DNA of 64,000 bases from Octopus vulgaris (lineage: Eukaryota), in the NCBI GenBank assembly GCA_951406725.2, contig OX597816.1, positions 102,920,001-102,984,000 of the forward strand, read 5' to 3'. Positions 1 to 14,029 of the stretch are shown in pieces. The notes beneath the pieces were generated by a model that saw nothing but the letters and a program-made list of their open reading frames with translations, ran no database searches and was not told where the DNA came from. A program made the translations under genes and the position numbers. Positions within the stretch are counted from its first letter, which is position 1. Every line of letters starts with the position of its first letter.

Positions 1-148
1 TACTTTGTATGAGTTTTCAATTTGTATCATGTCTCGTACACTTTATGATAGTTATATTCAAAACATCTTGACTCTAGGTAGTGATTTAAGAACACTGATA
101 CTAATATTTATTTATTTATTATTTATTTATCTATTATTTATTTATTTA

Positions 149-795
149 ACGAAGTGTTAGCGCTAAGCAGTGTTTAGGCATGAGCAGAATTTAAGTTTGT
201 TGAAATACATTTGTGACCTATTTCAACTGCTAAAAGGCAAATACACTGCAGTTACCATGGAAAATATATCTCTCTTATGGTAAAAAGGTGTGAAAATACC
301 CGGTTCGTTCAGTGTCGCCATCGTTAGGAATCCCAGACATCGATGTTTCAAGCTTCTTAGCTCTTGTCGATGAGATGTACCTAAGAGAGGCAACTCTGAA
401 CGAAATTATAAAGCCATAGCTTTATGCATGATTCGCATTTCAACTAACCTAAAGTCTGCTCATGCCTAAACACTAATGAGCGCTTACACTTCGTTATTTG
501 TCCTCGATCAGGCGATCTACTAGCGCAAATAGGTCAACGTATTGACTGAATCATACATAAAGCTATAAGCTCGTTCAGAGTTGCCTCTCTTAGGTACACT
601 CATCGACAAGAGCCAAGAAGCTTGAAACATCGATGTCTAGGAATCCTAATAGATGGTGACACTAAACGAACAGAGTGTTTTCACACCTTTTTAACATAAG
701 AGAAATATATTCTCTACGTTAACTGCAGTGCAATTTGCCTTTTAGCAGTTGAAATATGCCACAAACGTGTTTCAACTAACCTAAATCCTGCTCAT
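149..795. mobile_element. Fold-back / MITE-like element with nested inverted repeats
   Basis: 149-207 is the imperfect reverse complement of 437-494, with TA on both outer sides (147-148, 495-496). Separately, 180-434 is the imperfect reverse complement of 548-795. (TTTA)n lies on both flanks. Confidence 0.75.
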
Positions 796-913
796 TTGTT
801 TATTTATTTATTGAGTCTAAGCTTTTCAATTTTCTTAAACTTCTGTTTACAATATTGGAACAAAAGTTCATAACTGGGATGGTTAGTCTATTTACACTTA
901 CCTTATTTCTAAT

Positions 914-1120
914 ATTGGTTTCAAATTTTGACACAACGCCAGCAATTTCGGGGGAGGAGATAAGTCGATTGCATCGATTTCAGTGTTCAACAAGGTACTT
1001 ATTTTATCGATCCCGAAAGGATGAAAAGTTAAGTCGACTTCAGTGGAACTTAAAGACGGTCAAAATGCCGCTAAGCATTTTCTCCTGCGTGCTAACGATT
1101 CTGCCAACTCACCGCCTTAC
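914..1120 (-). mobile_element. tRNA-derived SINE, family S1
   Basis: Reverse complement matches the GGCGGYGAGYTGGCAGAATCGTTAGCACG head and CTTTCATCCTTTCGGG-TCGATAAAATAAGTACC body of the copies at 1151, 29339, 34561 and 35041. Confidence 0.85.
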
Positions 1121-1150
1121 CTTAATTCTGATACTGAATTGAGATTTATG

Positions 1151-1365
1151 AGGCGGCGATCTGGCAGAACCGTTGCCGCGCCCAGTAAAATGTTTGGTGG
1201 CATTTTGTCTACCTTTACGTTCTGCATTCAAATGCTGCCGAGGTCAACTTTGCCTTTCAACCTTTCAGGGTTGACAAAATAAGTACTAGCCGAACACTAG
1301 GGTCGATGTAACCGACTTAATCCCTCCCCGAAATTGCTGGCCTTGTGCCAAAATTTGAAATCAAT
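1151..1365 (+). mobile_element. tRNA-derived SINE, family S1
   Basis: A-box-like TGGCAGAACCG, B-box-like ATTCAAATGC and the shared S1 body. Divergently oriented relative to 914-1120. ATACTGAATT occurs at 1131 and about 1364 (possible TSD). Confidence 0.85.
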
Positions 1366-1369
1366 ACTG

Positions 1370-2498
1370 AATTCTAATATCAGTACATTCTTTGTACTTT
1401 TTTCCCTAAGTTCTTTTTCATTGTAATCATGGTTTTAATTGCATCTTCAGTAACTTTTTTAAAGGGAACAAGCCTGAGTAGAATTGTACGTGGGATAACG
1501 AGCCTCACTGAAGGATTGTTCTTTTTGTAGACATATTGTAGGTCCTTGTTTGTTCTGCATTCATGGGTTTGTTTTCCACTGTCACATGATGTACCTTGAT
1601 AGTATTGGAACTTCTATATTTATATGGAGTGGCTTCAATTTCTGAGTGAAAATAGTCTTCACGATTTCTTTTTCAATTTTATTTCGATACTCTCAACATT
1701 TTATGTAAGGTATTGTTTCAGAAAGTCTCACTCTATTTTGATGAGGTCTGGTCACTCTGGACTGTACCAACGATACTAAACAGATTAAATCATTCAATGT
1801 GCTGATATTTGAATTGTCTGTTTCCATGGATAGAATTTATTGCAGTACCTATCTTGGTACTGCTTGTTCGTGTATACCTTTCACTGGAGTTTCCATTGAT
1901 CCATGTTCATCGATTTCGTTATATTCACCTCTGTTATGTTTGTTGATTTTGTTAGGCTGTCTTCAAAGTTAGCTGTGGTTGATCTGTTATGCTGTATGAT
2001 TTTATTCTGTTTATTGGTAAGTACGGGATCAAGAGTGCATTTTTGTTCTAACTTGGTGTTCAGTTGGATGCTTCCATAGGAAGTTCTGTGATTTTCATCA
2101 TAATTTTAGTTTTTAGTTCTTTTTACATTTAATCTCTTTTTGTCTTCCTTTTTCTTATTTTTGTATGTGATACTTTTGTTGTATCTCGAGGGCTCGGCCT
2201 TTTCAGTTGATTTTGATTCTTCTGTTCTAGAGGCTTATGTGATTTGTTGTAATATTTTCATTGGTTTGTAGAGGCAAAACCATTCTGTGTGCTCTCAGGT
2301 ATTTGGTATACTTTCAGAGTGTATTCTTTCTATGAGCCGTTCTGTTTTATGTTCTGATTTTTTATAGTTTATGTTTTTTCCGTATATTTTGCATACCATT
2401 AGAATTTTCTTTTTCTAAAGTTTTGGATTCGTTTTCTCGACCTCTACAACATTTTCTTCTTTTTATCCTCCTCCTTCTCCTCCTCCTCCTCCTCCTCC

Positions 2499-2534
<36 letters not shown>

Positions 2535-4140
2535 CCATCATCACCGCGACCACCACCACCACCAATTACTTTTTCTTCTTCTTAGAGTAACTTTGGCCCA
2601 TTTGTGGAATCCCATACTCCTGATTTATCCCGGTTTAACTTACGCACAATATTTTCGTTATCCATTTGGTCATTGTTCTATGGGTCATGTAGAATAAGTT
2701 CTAAAAACAGGGAATTATTTATAATTTGTCATTGATTATTTATATCACTCTTCAAAGCTCTGATTAGGCTTGGAATTGTTGTTGCAACTATAATGTGAGG
2801 GGAGAGCATAAGTTTCATCGCCGAACCCGCAGAGAAAGCCTTGAGATATCTTTGAAAAGAGGAGGCATATCGTGGCTTGTTTCTGTTTGGGTGCAAGCTG
2901 GGACTTTATCGATTCCGTCTGCCTCAACTGCTCAAAGGGTTCTGTTGTTGGAAAACCCTAAATGCTTCGCAAAGCCAGCAAGAGATGTATTTTTATATAG
3001 AACATTTCGTTCGTCGTTTCATTAATATCGTCGATTCGTATATATTTGTATATATGTTTGTATATTAAAGCGTAAACAGTTCATTGGTCAGTGGTCTGGA
3101 AGTACATCGTGTGTTTGTGTATGGAACTCAAAATTTTTTTCTATCTTGTACCATAGTTCATTGACTGCTGTTACTGTAGACACGTGAATTAAAATCATTT
3201 AACCAGGAGTCGGAGACATTCAGTTGTTTAAGTGACGCCTTTGTTATAAAAGTAATAGGTAAAAATACTCTGTAAGTTGTATTATTGGACTGAAATTGTC
3301 GAGTGTAGAATTTCCGCTCTCCCAATTAGAGCTACATTTTATATTTATACCAATGTACCAACTAGTATCTCTGATTTTATCTTTTAACACAGAATTTTTC
3401 TTTATTGCCATTTCAAAATCATTGAGCTTTAACAAATTTTCGAGTTCTTTCCAGGAATGCCTCGTTTATGAAAATCGAGATATCTGTCAAAATGCATATT
3501 CTTTTTTTGTTTTCTACCTTTGTTTGCAATATATCATAGCTAGTGTATATATCAAGGAGAACTACTTCAACACTAATCTACTGTTATAGGTTAGTTATTC
3601 TATAATGAAGATTAACTATATGAAGCTAACCATCATATAGCTTTTCTATATCAAGGCTAAACTTGATATTGCATCGTAATCATGTCATTGATATACCATT
3701 TATCTTCAAGTTTGATGCCTGTATGTTTTTAATGGATATAATTATTTATCCAGTTATTTCTATGAATATATTATTATCGATTTTTTTTTAGCATTGGGTA
3801 GCTGATAATGATTTGCTCAATTGTTTCCTGATGTTCAATGACAAATCTGGTGTTGACATTAAGGCGTTTGTTTTATTACGTCATTGTCGTAATTGTTTTG
3901 AGGTTGGGCATAAACTTTGTACAGATAAGCCTACACATTCATTTTATGAGGTCTGCGTTTTTGAACTATTCATGACTTTTACATTGGTTAACTTTCTTTC
4001 TAAGCAGTCTTCATTGGATAATGACTAGGGAAAGATTTTTTTTTATTTCCAAACCCTCATATTTAGAGAGTTTTTCCATTTTTAATGGAAATACAGTATC
4101 AGAGTATCATCTGTTGTGTTTGATAATTCAAAAGGAGTCA
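1370..4140 (-). pseudogene. Heavily decayed L1/Tx1-like LINE ORF2 (RT plus C-terminal zinc-binding region), interrupted at about 2460-3070
   Basis: Minus-strand peptide remnants occur in the expected RT order: RP..MNV (about 3950), SNLKINGI (about 3710), SP(L)IYTLAM (about 3550), degenerate F(A)D-DISIFI (about 3480), and LQ*KVY resembling the zf-RVT LxWK motif (about 1880). Many stops and frameshifts. Confidence 0.5.
2466..2582. repeat. Compound triplet microsatellite (CCT)n(CAT)n(CAC)n...(TTC)n
   Basis: Directly visible. May be the tail of an unidentified minus-strand insertion at about 2583-3060. Confidence 0.9.
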
Positions 4141-4297
4141 TGTAGTTTCTCCTAATGACCGCTCGATTGATTTACTGTCTCTGTGGTGTAGCACATCTTC
4201 GAATATAGCCCTTTGTAGTTTACTGAGTCTTTGTCTTTGGCACATTTTTTCTAATTCCGTTACCCCTTAATGTATTCTTTCCTAAGGCTAAGCAACC

Positions 4298-4419
4298 ATA
4301 GTTTCTCTTCAACTCCGTGGTTGTAACTGCATGCCAAATTAGTCATACAGAAGTTTGCATCATCACTTCAATGCTAATAAACAATACCCTCGGCTATGAA
4401 CCAAGTACATTCTGGTGAT

Positions 4420-4461
<42 letters not shown>
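4298..4461 (+). mobile_element. 3' end of an unidentified retroposon with (CTA)n tail
   Basis: About 120 bp highly similar to 36867-36986. Both copies end in ...GTACATTCTGGTGA followed by (CTA)n. Confidence 0.7.
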
Positions 4462-4463
<2 letters not shown>

Positions 4464-4820
4464 TCCTTATTCAACTGTATGCCCAATACAGCATAAATCA
4501 GAACAATTGAAATAAGTTTAGATATTACAAAGTGTCAAGCAGCTGAAATGAGAGTGTCAACATATTCTTGCTGTGGACAGACGGTGTGAGTCTTCTGATG
4601 GACTATTTCACGATTTGTTGATCACTTCTCAGAGAAGTCGCACTCGGTTTCCTTTCTCAATCAATAGCATAGATCAGCTGCTATATAGAAAAAAATGATA
4701 CATCGAGATAACATCATCGTAGATGGCTTAATTTGCATATTTTGCTTTTGAAGGCACATCATTAATTGAACAATCCCACTTTTCTGAATAACACACCGTA
4801 AGTTACCCTTATTGTTGTTG

Positions 4821-6420
<1,600 letters not shown>

Positions 6421-6421
6421 A

Positions 6422-6498
<77 letters not shown>

Positions 6499-6511
6499 CA
6501 TCATCATCATC

Positions 6512-8447
6512 TTTCAATTCTGTTTCCGTTTCTTACCGAGTGTCTTCCTGACACCTAGGGCAGAGAAACACGCTGTATACATTGGTAGGCAATTAAAATG
6601 AACATACCAAATTGACCATTTACAAAGTCATGTGATAGAGAAAAATGAGAAGAAAGACAGGGGGGAAAAAATAAGAAATAAAAAAGTAAACTGAAAATAT
6701 AGGGGGCTAAAGAGAAATAAAATTCACAGCGACAATGCTCTTTTCAGTACGTGTGATGTAACAGCTAAGACAAACTTTTGCACTTCCTGTATGGATGGTA
6801 AGCCAGGGATTATTCTTAAATAATTTTCAGTTCCTTTTTTTTGGTCATTCCAAGTGCTCCTACAATTGCTGGTATTGTAACTGTCTTCAGATACCACACC
6901 TTTTCTGACCCTTTATATTTTCTGAGCTTATCAAATACTTTTGCCGAGATATTATGGTCACAAGGTATGCTCATGTCAATTAATAAACAAACTTTATTGT
7001 TTTGGTCTATCACAACAATATCTGGTTTGTTTGCTTTTATGGTCCGATCTGTACATACTAGGAAATTCCAAAGAATAGTTACATTTTCTTCCTCAGTTAC
7101 AGCCTCAGGGTGGTACTTGTACTATATGTTAGCACTTTTGATTTTATAATGCCGACACATTATGTAGATATTGACCAACTCTGTCATGTCTTCATTTGTA
7201 CTCTACAGTGCTAAAATCTTACATCCAGAGATTAGTTGGTCCACTGTTTCTATCCCATCGTTGTAGTATCGGCACTTTGAGTCTACACCATTTTTCATCA
7301 TATTGGCTTAATAGTTCCAGGTCAATAAGCTCTGATCTTTAGCAGCCAAGATAAATCATCCACTCTCTGTCTTTAACTCTGAGCTCCGTAGCCACTGATG
7401 GATGTACTTCTGGTCTACATCAGCTTGTTTGCTACGGGCCACATATTTGCAATGCAAAGGTTTTTGTTTCCCCCTATCAGCCAATTGTTCAAACGCATTT
7501 TGCTTTGCTATTGATTTCACCTTCTTTGCAACTACAGTTGCTGCACCTCTATCATGCTGTTAAACCTGGATATTATACATAAAATCAGTTGAACATATTT
7601 TGCTCACCTTCATAACAGAATGTAGCTTCTTACAATTTTCATAGATTTCAACGGGTTTAGCATCCAGTCGTTAGATGTTTCAAAATATATTGCCAATCCA
7701 ATTGAGGTGGTTTTGAAGAATATTTCAAGTTGGATCATGCCTCGATCTCCTTGAGCTCTGGGTACGTATAGACGATCTGCATCTTATTGCAAGTCAGCAG
7801 CTTACGGATTTTCCTATCAGTCTTTCTTATTTTGCTCATATCCCTGTTCAACTCATTGAAACTGTAAATAACAACCGGAACTGCTAAAAAATTTATAGCT
7901 AATACCTTGTCACGTGCATTTAATTCGGATTTTAGAACTGCTCGAACTCTCCTGTAACACTCCGTCCTGATCTTCTCTTTCATACTTGCATGCTGAATGC
8001 CAGAGCCTTCATTTGTGCCGAGGTATTTGGAAGTTTGTTCCTGTTCGAGTTCTCTTATGACAGTCACAACATCCAATTCCACTGAATGTAAAGTCTTCAG
8101 CTTCTCTTTGTGGAAAGTGGCCTTGACACATTTATCAAGACCAAATTCCACCCCGATGTCATCACTGAATGTTTTCACAGTACGTAGAAGTCCTTCAAGT
8201 TCATTATCGTCTTTGTCATAGAGTTTTAAGTGATCCATATAAAAGAGATTACTTATTTTCATGTCGCCAATTTTATATCCATACCCTATTCTATTAAGTT
8301 CATTTGTAAGGGGTATTAGGGCTATGCAGAAAATTAAAGGTGAAAGTGAGTTATTGCAAGTCACCTTGGAGAATGCCGCAGTTGATATTAATATTTTTCT
8401 AATCAGTACTCCATTAGAGTGGTATTGTTGGAGATTCGTATTCCACA
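6512..8447 (-). mobile_element. R4/Dong-clade RLE retrotransposon, 5'-truncated, subfamily A2
   Basis: ORF 7735-8541 carries SLSPLIFCIAL and LFYMDHLKLY (RT). 6816-7100 carries KPD...LIDMSIP...KY (RLE). Clearly homologous to 43435-45362. (TAA)n on both sides. Confidence 0.95.
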
Positions 8448-8450
8448 TTA

Positions 8451-8535
<85 letters not shown>

Positions 8536-8563
8536 CATCATTATTATTATTATTATTATTATT

Positions 8564-8960
8564 GAGTGAGAGAGCGGTGCATGACACTGGGATAAAATAT
8601 ATGAAGGCCAGTATACCCGTCATGACTACCCGTCTGATAAGAGTACACCAGGCGCATGCATCACAACCATATGTGCGTGGCATGGTGATCACATATCAGG
8701 ATTAACAGCGCGTGGCCTTGCTGATGGGGCCCAGTTAGAATTTTCTTCAGGTTGAGTAGCCCATCTCGCTCAAATGGTCCCTGAATAAGGGTTGTTTAAA
8801 GATGTTGCACGAAACACCCATCCAAACCCCATGGAATTCCTTTCAACACATGATTATGATGCACCCCCACTACATCTACTCGTGATCAGAGATGCACATA
8901 TAGTTAGCTACTAAGGGACATACTCAACTGATAAGACACTGGTTGGTACTACATCAGGGC

Positions 8961-8962
<2 letters not shown>
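8564..8962 (-). mobile_element. Non-coding ~400 bp element embedded in (TAA)n (candidate non-autonomous retroposon)
   Basis: Complex, relatively GC-rich sequence bounded precisely by (TTA)n on both sides. No RT or RLE peptide and no clear tRNA head. Strand is assumed from the neighbouring elements. Confidence 0.55.
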
Positions 8963-9042
<80 letters not shown>

Positions 9043-9063
9043 GTTATTATTATTATTATTATT

Positions 9064-9653
9064 CAGTAATTTTATTTTTATAGCGTGCTTTCACTTCACT
9101 ACCGAGCGCAGCTCTGTGTGCCTTGGGTATGTACTGTGATTTGTTGTGATGCTCTGATGGTTATTGTATGGAAAGTGTTCTGCGTAGGATGTGTGCAGTG
9201 CCTAGTAGTGCAATTTTCTGTATGTTATATGTGTTTGTAAGTCCTGGTGTTTTTGTTATGTATTTGTCTGAATAATTTTTTTATCATGCCTAATGCACCT
9301 ATTATGATAGGAATTGTTTCTGTTTTCAGATTCCACATTCTAGTTACCTCTATTTCCAGGTCTTTGTATTTTGAGAGTTTCTCCATTTCTTTTAGAGACA
9401 CGTTGTCATCAGCCGGTATTGATACATCAATTAGAAAGCATTTTTTTCTTCATGGTCTCTGACAACTATATCTGGTCTGTTGGCCTTAATTTCTCTATCT
9501 GTGTGTATCGGCATATCCCAGAGTATGGTTGCTTTCTCGTTTTCTGTTACCTTTTCTGGTGTGTGCCTATACCTTTTTTTCTGTTGTTATTCCATAATGT
9601 TGGCATAGCTTCCAATGTATGTAGGTTCCAACTCTGTCATGTCTGTGAATATA
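9064..9653 (-). mobile_element. R4/Dong-clade RLE retrotransposon 3' fragment, subfamily C
   Basis: EYIHRHDRVG, RPDIVVRD, LIDVSIP, KLSKYKDLEIEVTRMW. Near-identical to 63547-63989. (TAA)n tail at 8963-9063. Confidence 0.95.
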
Positions 9654-9685
9654 TTCTTCTTCTTCTTCTTCTTCTTCTTCTTCTT

Positions 9686-9800
<115 letters not shown>

Positions 9801-9815
9801 TTATTATTATTATTA

Positions 9816-10542
9816 CTTTTTTTCTTCTTCTTTCAAATTTGCTTCCATTTCTTGCCGAGTGTCTTCCCGACTCCTAGGGCAAAGAAACTCATAGTATACA
9901 TTGGTAGGCCATTAAACCAAACTCAGTAGTTCGTTCATTTTTTTTTTTTTAAGTTAAATTAAAATACATGAGCAGCAACAGTTCTCACATCGACAATGCT
10001 CTTCTCAATACGTGTGATGTACCAGTTAAGACAATCTTTTGCACTTCTTGCAGGGATGGTAAGCCAGGGATCATTCTCATATAATTTTCGGTTCCCTTCT
10101 TGATCATTCCTAGTGCTCCTACGATCACTGGTATTGTAACCGCCTTGAGATGCCACATTTTCTCAATTTCAATGAGTAGGTCTTTATATTTTCTGAGCTT
10201 GTCAAACTCTTTCGCTGAGATATTATGATCACAGGGGATGCTCATGTCGATCAATAAGCAAACTTTATTGTTTTGGTCTTTCACAACAATATCTGGTTTA
10301 TTGGCCTTGATGGTTCGGTCTGTATGTACTGGAAAGTCCCACAGAATGGTTACATTTTCTCCTTCAGTTACAGCCTCAGGGTGGTGATTATACCACTTGT
10401 CGGCAGTTTTGATATTGTAATGCCGACTTATTAGCCAGTGGAGATATTGGCCAACTCTGTCATGTCTTAATTTATACTCCACTGGTGCTAAGACTTTACA
10501 TCCAGAGATTAGGTGGTCCACTGTTTCAATCATGTCGTTGCA
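9816..10542 (-). mobile_element. R4/Dong-clade RLE retrotransposon 3' fragment, subfamily A1 (young)
   Basis: ORF 9985-10533 differs by one residue from the C-terminal 182 aa of ORF 43637-45187 and the 3' UTR is shared. Bounded by (TTA)n/(TTC)n at 9654-9815 and (TTA)(TTG)n at 10543-10600. Confidence 0.97.
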
Positions 10543-10793
10543 TTATTATTATTATTATTGTTGTTGTTGCTGTTGTTGTTGTTGTTGTTGTTATTATTAC
10601 TATCTTGTTTCCCATGGGTACTAATGTCCATTTTCCCTATCATAGGTTTATCTGCCCCAATATTAGACCATTTTCAATAGTCAATATACACGGTGAAAAC
10701 TTAGAATTATATTTACAAAAATGTTCACTCGTCAACGTTTCTTAACTTACACAGAATACAGATATACGCAGATGTTTACACATGATGATGACA

Positions 10794-10825
<32 letters not shown>

Positions 10826-11225
10826 GCGTTTCCTCAAATCTCAAGGATTTTTGCAGAATACAAGTTGGTCTTTTTCTTCAGCTCCACATTACGCTATTCA
10901 CTTTCCCTATTTCAATATATATCTGTCTGAACGTCGTGCTGAGTGCACCAGTTACCACAGAAATAATATTCATCAATATGTTCCACAAGCTATTTCAAAA
11001 CCCAAATAGAAGCACTCATGGTAATATGCGTTCTTGACTGGTAATATGCTATACGGTTTCACCATTTTGTCCACAAATTCAGCACTTGTCACTTTCTGAC
11101 TTGTCTATTCTGTATTTGCTGTAATTCGTTCTTAGTGCTTGCCCTTGGGCAGTACAGATTAGAACCTCCGTTTCGGTTTTAAATCACTTTTAGTCATCCG
11201 TAGCCATCTGCATTAAAAGCTTTCC
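10826..11225 (-). mobile_element. Decayed R4/Dong-like RLE fragment, subfamily D, with (CAT)n tail
   Basis: Minus strand reads WLRMTKSDLKP(E)TEVLICTAQGQALRTNY...KC*ICGQNGETV*HITS, matching the L..ETE..I.AAQDQ.L.T.NY and CCHC knuckle of the 41-45 kb element. Followed by (CAT)n at 10782-10825. Confidence 0.75.
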
Positions 11226-12105
11226 CGCTTATTTCTTTTCAGAATACTTTCAGCGCTTTATTATTCAGTCACCGGAAGTCACATTTTTTTATGTCCACAG
11301 AATTGATACTATTTTATTGTTTATAACATACACAAATTTATATATACGTGAGTTGGTATGCTCTAATTTGCATAATAATGTAAACGTTGGCAACTTGCAT
11401 TAATTACACACTCTTCATTGCGACACGAGCTTTGTAAGTTACTGAGAATAAATAGGAAAAACTTTGGCTTCGAATACACAGCTGAAAACACTCTAGGTCA
11501 TAGAAGGTCAACTAAATTTAGCGTTGAAACAATTTCATACTTTAACTGCGGCCATTTTATTGCAGGCGATTTTAATATATGGCAAAAGTGCACATATTTT
11601 GATGATATCAGTTTGTTTTTAACTGTGTGTTTTTCACATTTAAAATTTTTACATTTAATACGTTAATGTTCTTTGACTTCTCTCTTTCCATTTGTTCTCC
11701 TTGTAAGACCGTTCAAAATTAATATCAGTTTTATAGGTTTTTGTTTACAGTTATTTTTTTTTACAATTTGTTCACAGTTATATGTTTTACAATTCACAAT
11801 GACCGACTGAATATACGCTTACATTTGGTTAAAGGACTAAAATGTATATATATATATATTAAATCTGTGATGTTATTTTTAAAAGTTTTCATACCGGTAA
11901 ATAACGGGTAGTCTATAGTGGTATTCATGTACTAAAATGATATAATGCCTGACAATACGCCCGCACGTACAGTAACACGCACACACATACACGCACACAC
12001 GTACGTGTATATGTTTATCTGTGTAGATAAGAGTAAGATGTGCACGTATGTGTTGTGTATTTGTAATAAGTGTATGTGTATTGGTAAAGGTGTATCTATG
12101 TAAGT

Positions 12106-12153
<48 letters not shown>

Positions 12154-12154
12154 T

Positions 12155-12191
<37 letters not shown>

Positions 12192-12485
12192 ATTTGTGAG
12201 TGTGTGGGAAGAGAGAGAGAGAGTGAGAGAGAGCGAGACAGTAATGTAAAAAAAGCAACAAAATTCAGAGCCCAAACTAGAAAACTACGATATTAATATG
12301 CAACGAAAAATATACTTATTCAAATAAAGCTTAAATAATATTTGTTACCAAACCCTTAGAACCAACGAATTTACCCTTTGTTGTAAATTCAAAAAATCCG
12401 AATTATGTATAAAATGGATTAATTCAACTCCAATTGTTCTTCCCAGCAAATTACAATTTCACCTATTCCTAATGAAACTGAAAAA

Positions 12486-12884
12486 TCTTTATATATAAAA
12501 GTGAAGTTGTGTGTCTGTCTCCTACGATTTAGATTCCTAACTACTCCCACATTTTGCGGTGCAGTTTAACCAAAACCGGGTATCTTATAGTCGTGATTCA
12601 TATCGAGCCCTTCTGGGTATTAGCGCGCGTCTACGATGAGTCTACGATTTTAAAAAAAAATCACCATCATTTTTTTCCATTTTAATGCATTTTTTTCGCT
12701 ATTATATAAGGAAAGTAACTCTCTAAAAATGTCTACGATGAGTCAACGATTTAAAAAAAAATTACCATCATATTTTTTCCATTTTTAATGCAATTTTTTT
12801 GCTACTTTTTGGCTATAACTCTCTAAAAATGCTTATATAGTTATTTCCCTTACAAACCCGAGCAACGCCGGGCGATACTGCTAG
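12486..12884 (+). mobile_element. Non-autonomous Helitron
   Basis: Starts TC after A, ends with hairpin CCCGAGCAACGCCGGG then CTAG before T, with no TSD (canonical Helitron termini). Second copy at 32067-32463. Confidence 0.9.
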
Positions 12885-13600
12885 TAATAATTAAAAATAG
12901 AGAGATGCTTCTAGTTTAAAATCTATATAGAATTATTTAGGAATAAAGACGAACTATAATGAAAAAATTTCAAATCAACCCACAAACAAATGGAAGTGGA
13001 AATAAAAATGAAAGCCCAATACTCATAATATGTGGTTACTTTTAACTTTGGGATGCGACAAGGAAATGATATGTTGCCCGAAATTGGGAAATGTGATAAT
13101 TGGGTCAGTAATAATGGAACCGATTCGAAAGAAGAATATTATATCGATAACTTATTCTTGAAGAAAGACAAAATTCATAAACATTATCCACAAGCGATAT
13201 ACATGTACAAAAATATCATCAGACTTATTAACATCAAAAATACGATGACAACAACATTAATTTCAGGATATTTGGACAACGTAGTAACTTCATTAGAGGG
13301 ATCCATTGCCTCTCTTCTTCAAGGCAGAATATCTTGCAGAATGGTGGACATACACAAAAGAACTGGAATTATAACCCCACAAAAAATCCAGACAGAACCT
13401 GCCACTTTCTAGACCTAAGAACAAATTAAATTACTGCATAGAAATTGTTAACAAATACAGGAGCATCAACAAAAAGTCAAACCTAAAAAGATACTTATTT
13501 TTAGACCTAGTCATAAGAATTCATGACATTAAGGGGTAAACACCGAGTGTGTGAAACTGGAGATAATCATATATTTCGTTAAGAATTGTTCAATGCAATA

Positions 13601-14023
13601 CTCTTTACTCTTTTACTCTTTTACTTGTTTCAGTCATTTGACTGCGGACATGCTGGAGCACCAGCTTTAGTCGAGCAAATCGACCCCAGGACTTATTCTT
13701 TGTAAGCCTAGTACTTATTCTATCGGTCTCTTTTGCCAAACCGCTAAGTTACGGGGACGCAAACACACCAGCATCGGTTGTCAAGCGATGTTGGGGGGAC
13801 AAATACAGACACACAAACACACACAAACACACACACACGCACATATATACATACATATATACGACGGGCTTCTTTCAGTTTCCGTCTACCAAATCCACTC
13901 ACAAGGCTTTGGTCGGCCCGAGGCTATAGCAGAAGACACTTGCCCAAGTGTCACGCAGTGGGACTGAACCCGGAACCATGTGGCTAGTAAGCAAGCTACT
14001 TACCACACAGCCACTCCTGCGCC
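13601..14023 (-). mobile_element. tRNA-derived CORE-like SINE, family S2, full length
   Basis: A box TGGCTGTGTGG, B box GGTTCAGTCCC, CORE-like CACTTGGGCAAGTG, internal (TG)n, and 3' tail CAGTCAAATGACTGAAAC then (AGTAAAAG)n. Multiple copies in the window. Confidence 0.92.
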
Positions 14024-14029
14024 TATGAT

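Noticed and set aside
2583-3060. Possible RTE-like insertion ending in (GAA)n on the minus strand
   Set aside because: No diagnostic peptide motif was found. Only the tail and its position inside the L1/Tx1 remnant suggest it.
13032-13412. 126-aa non-repetitive ORF
   Set aside because: GTG start and no recognisable domain. It may be the decayed N-terminal part of the downstream PLE but cannot be supported as a gene.
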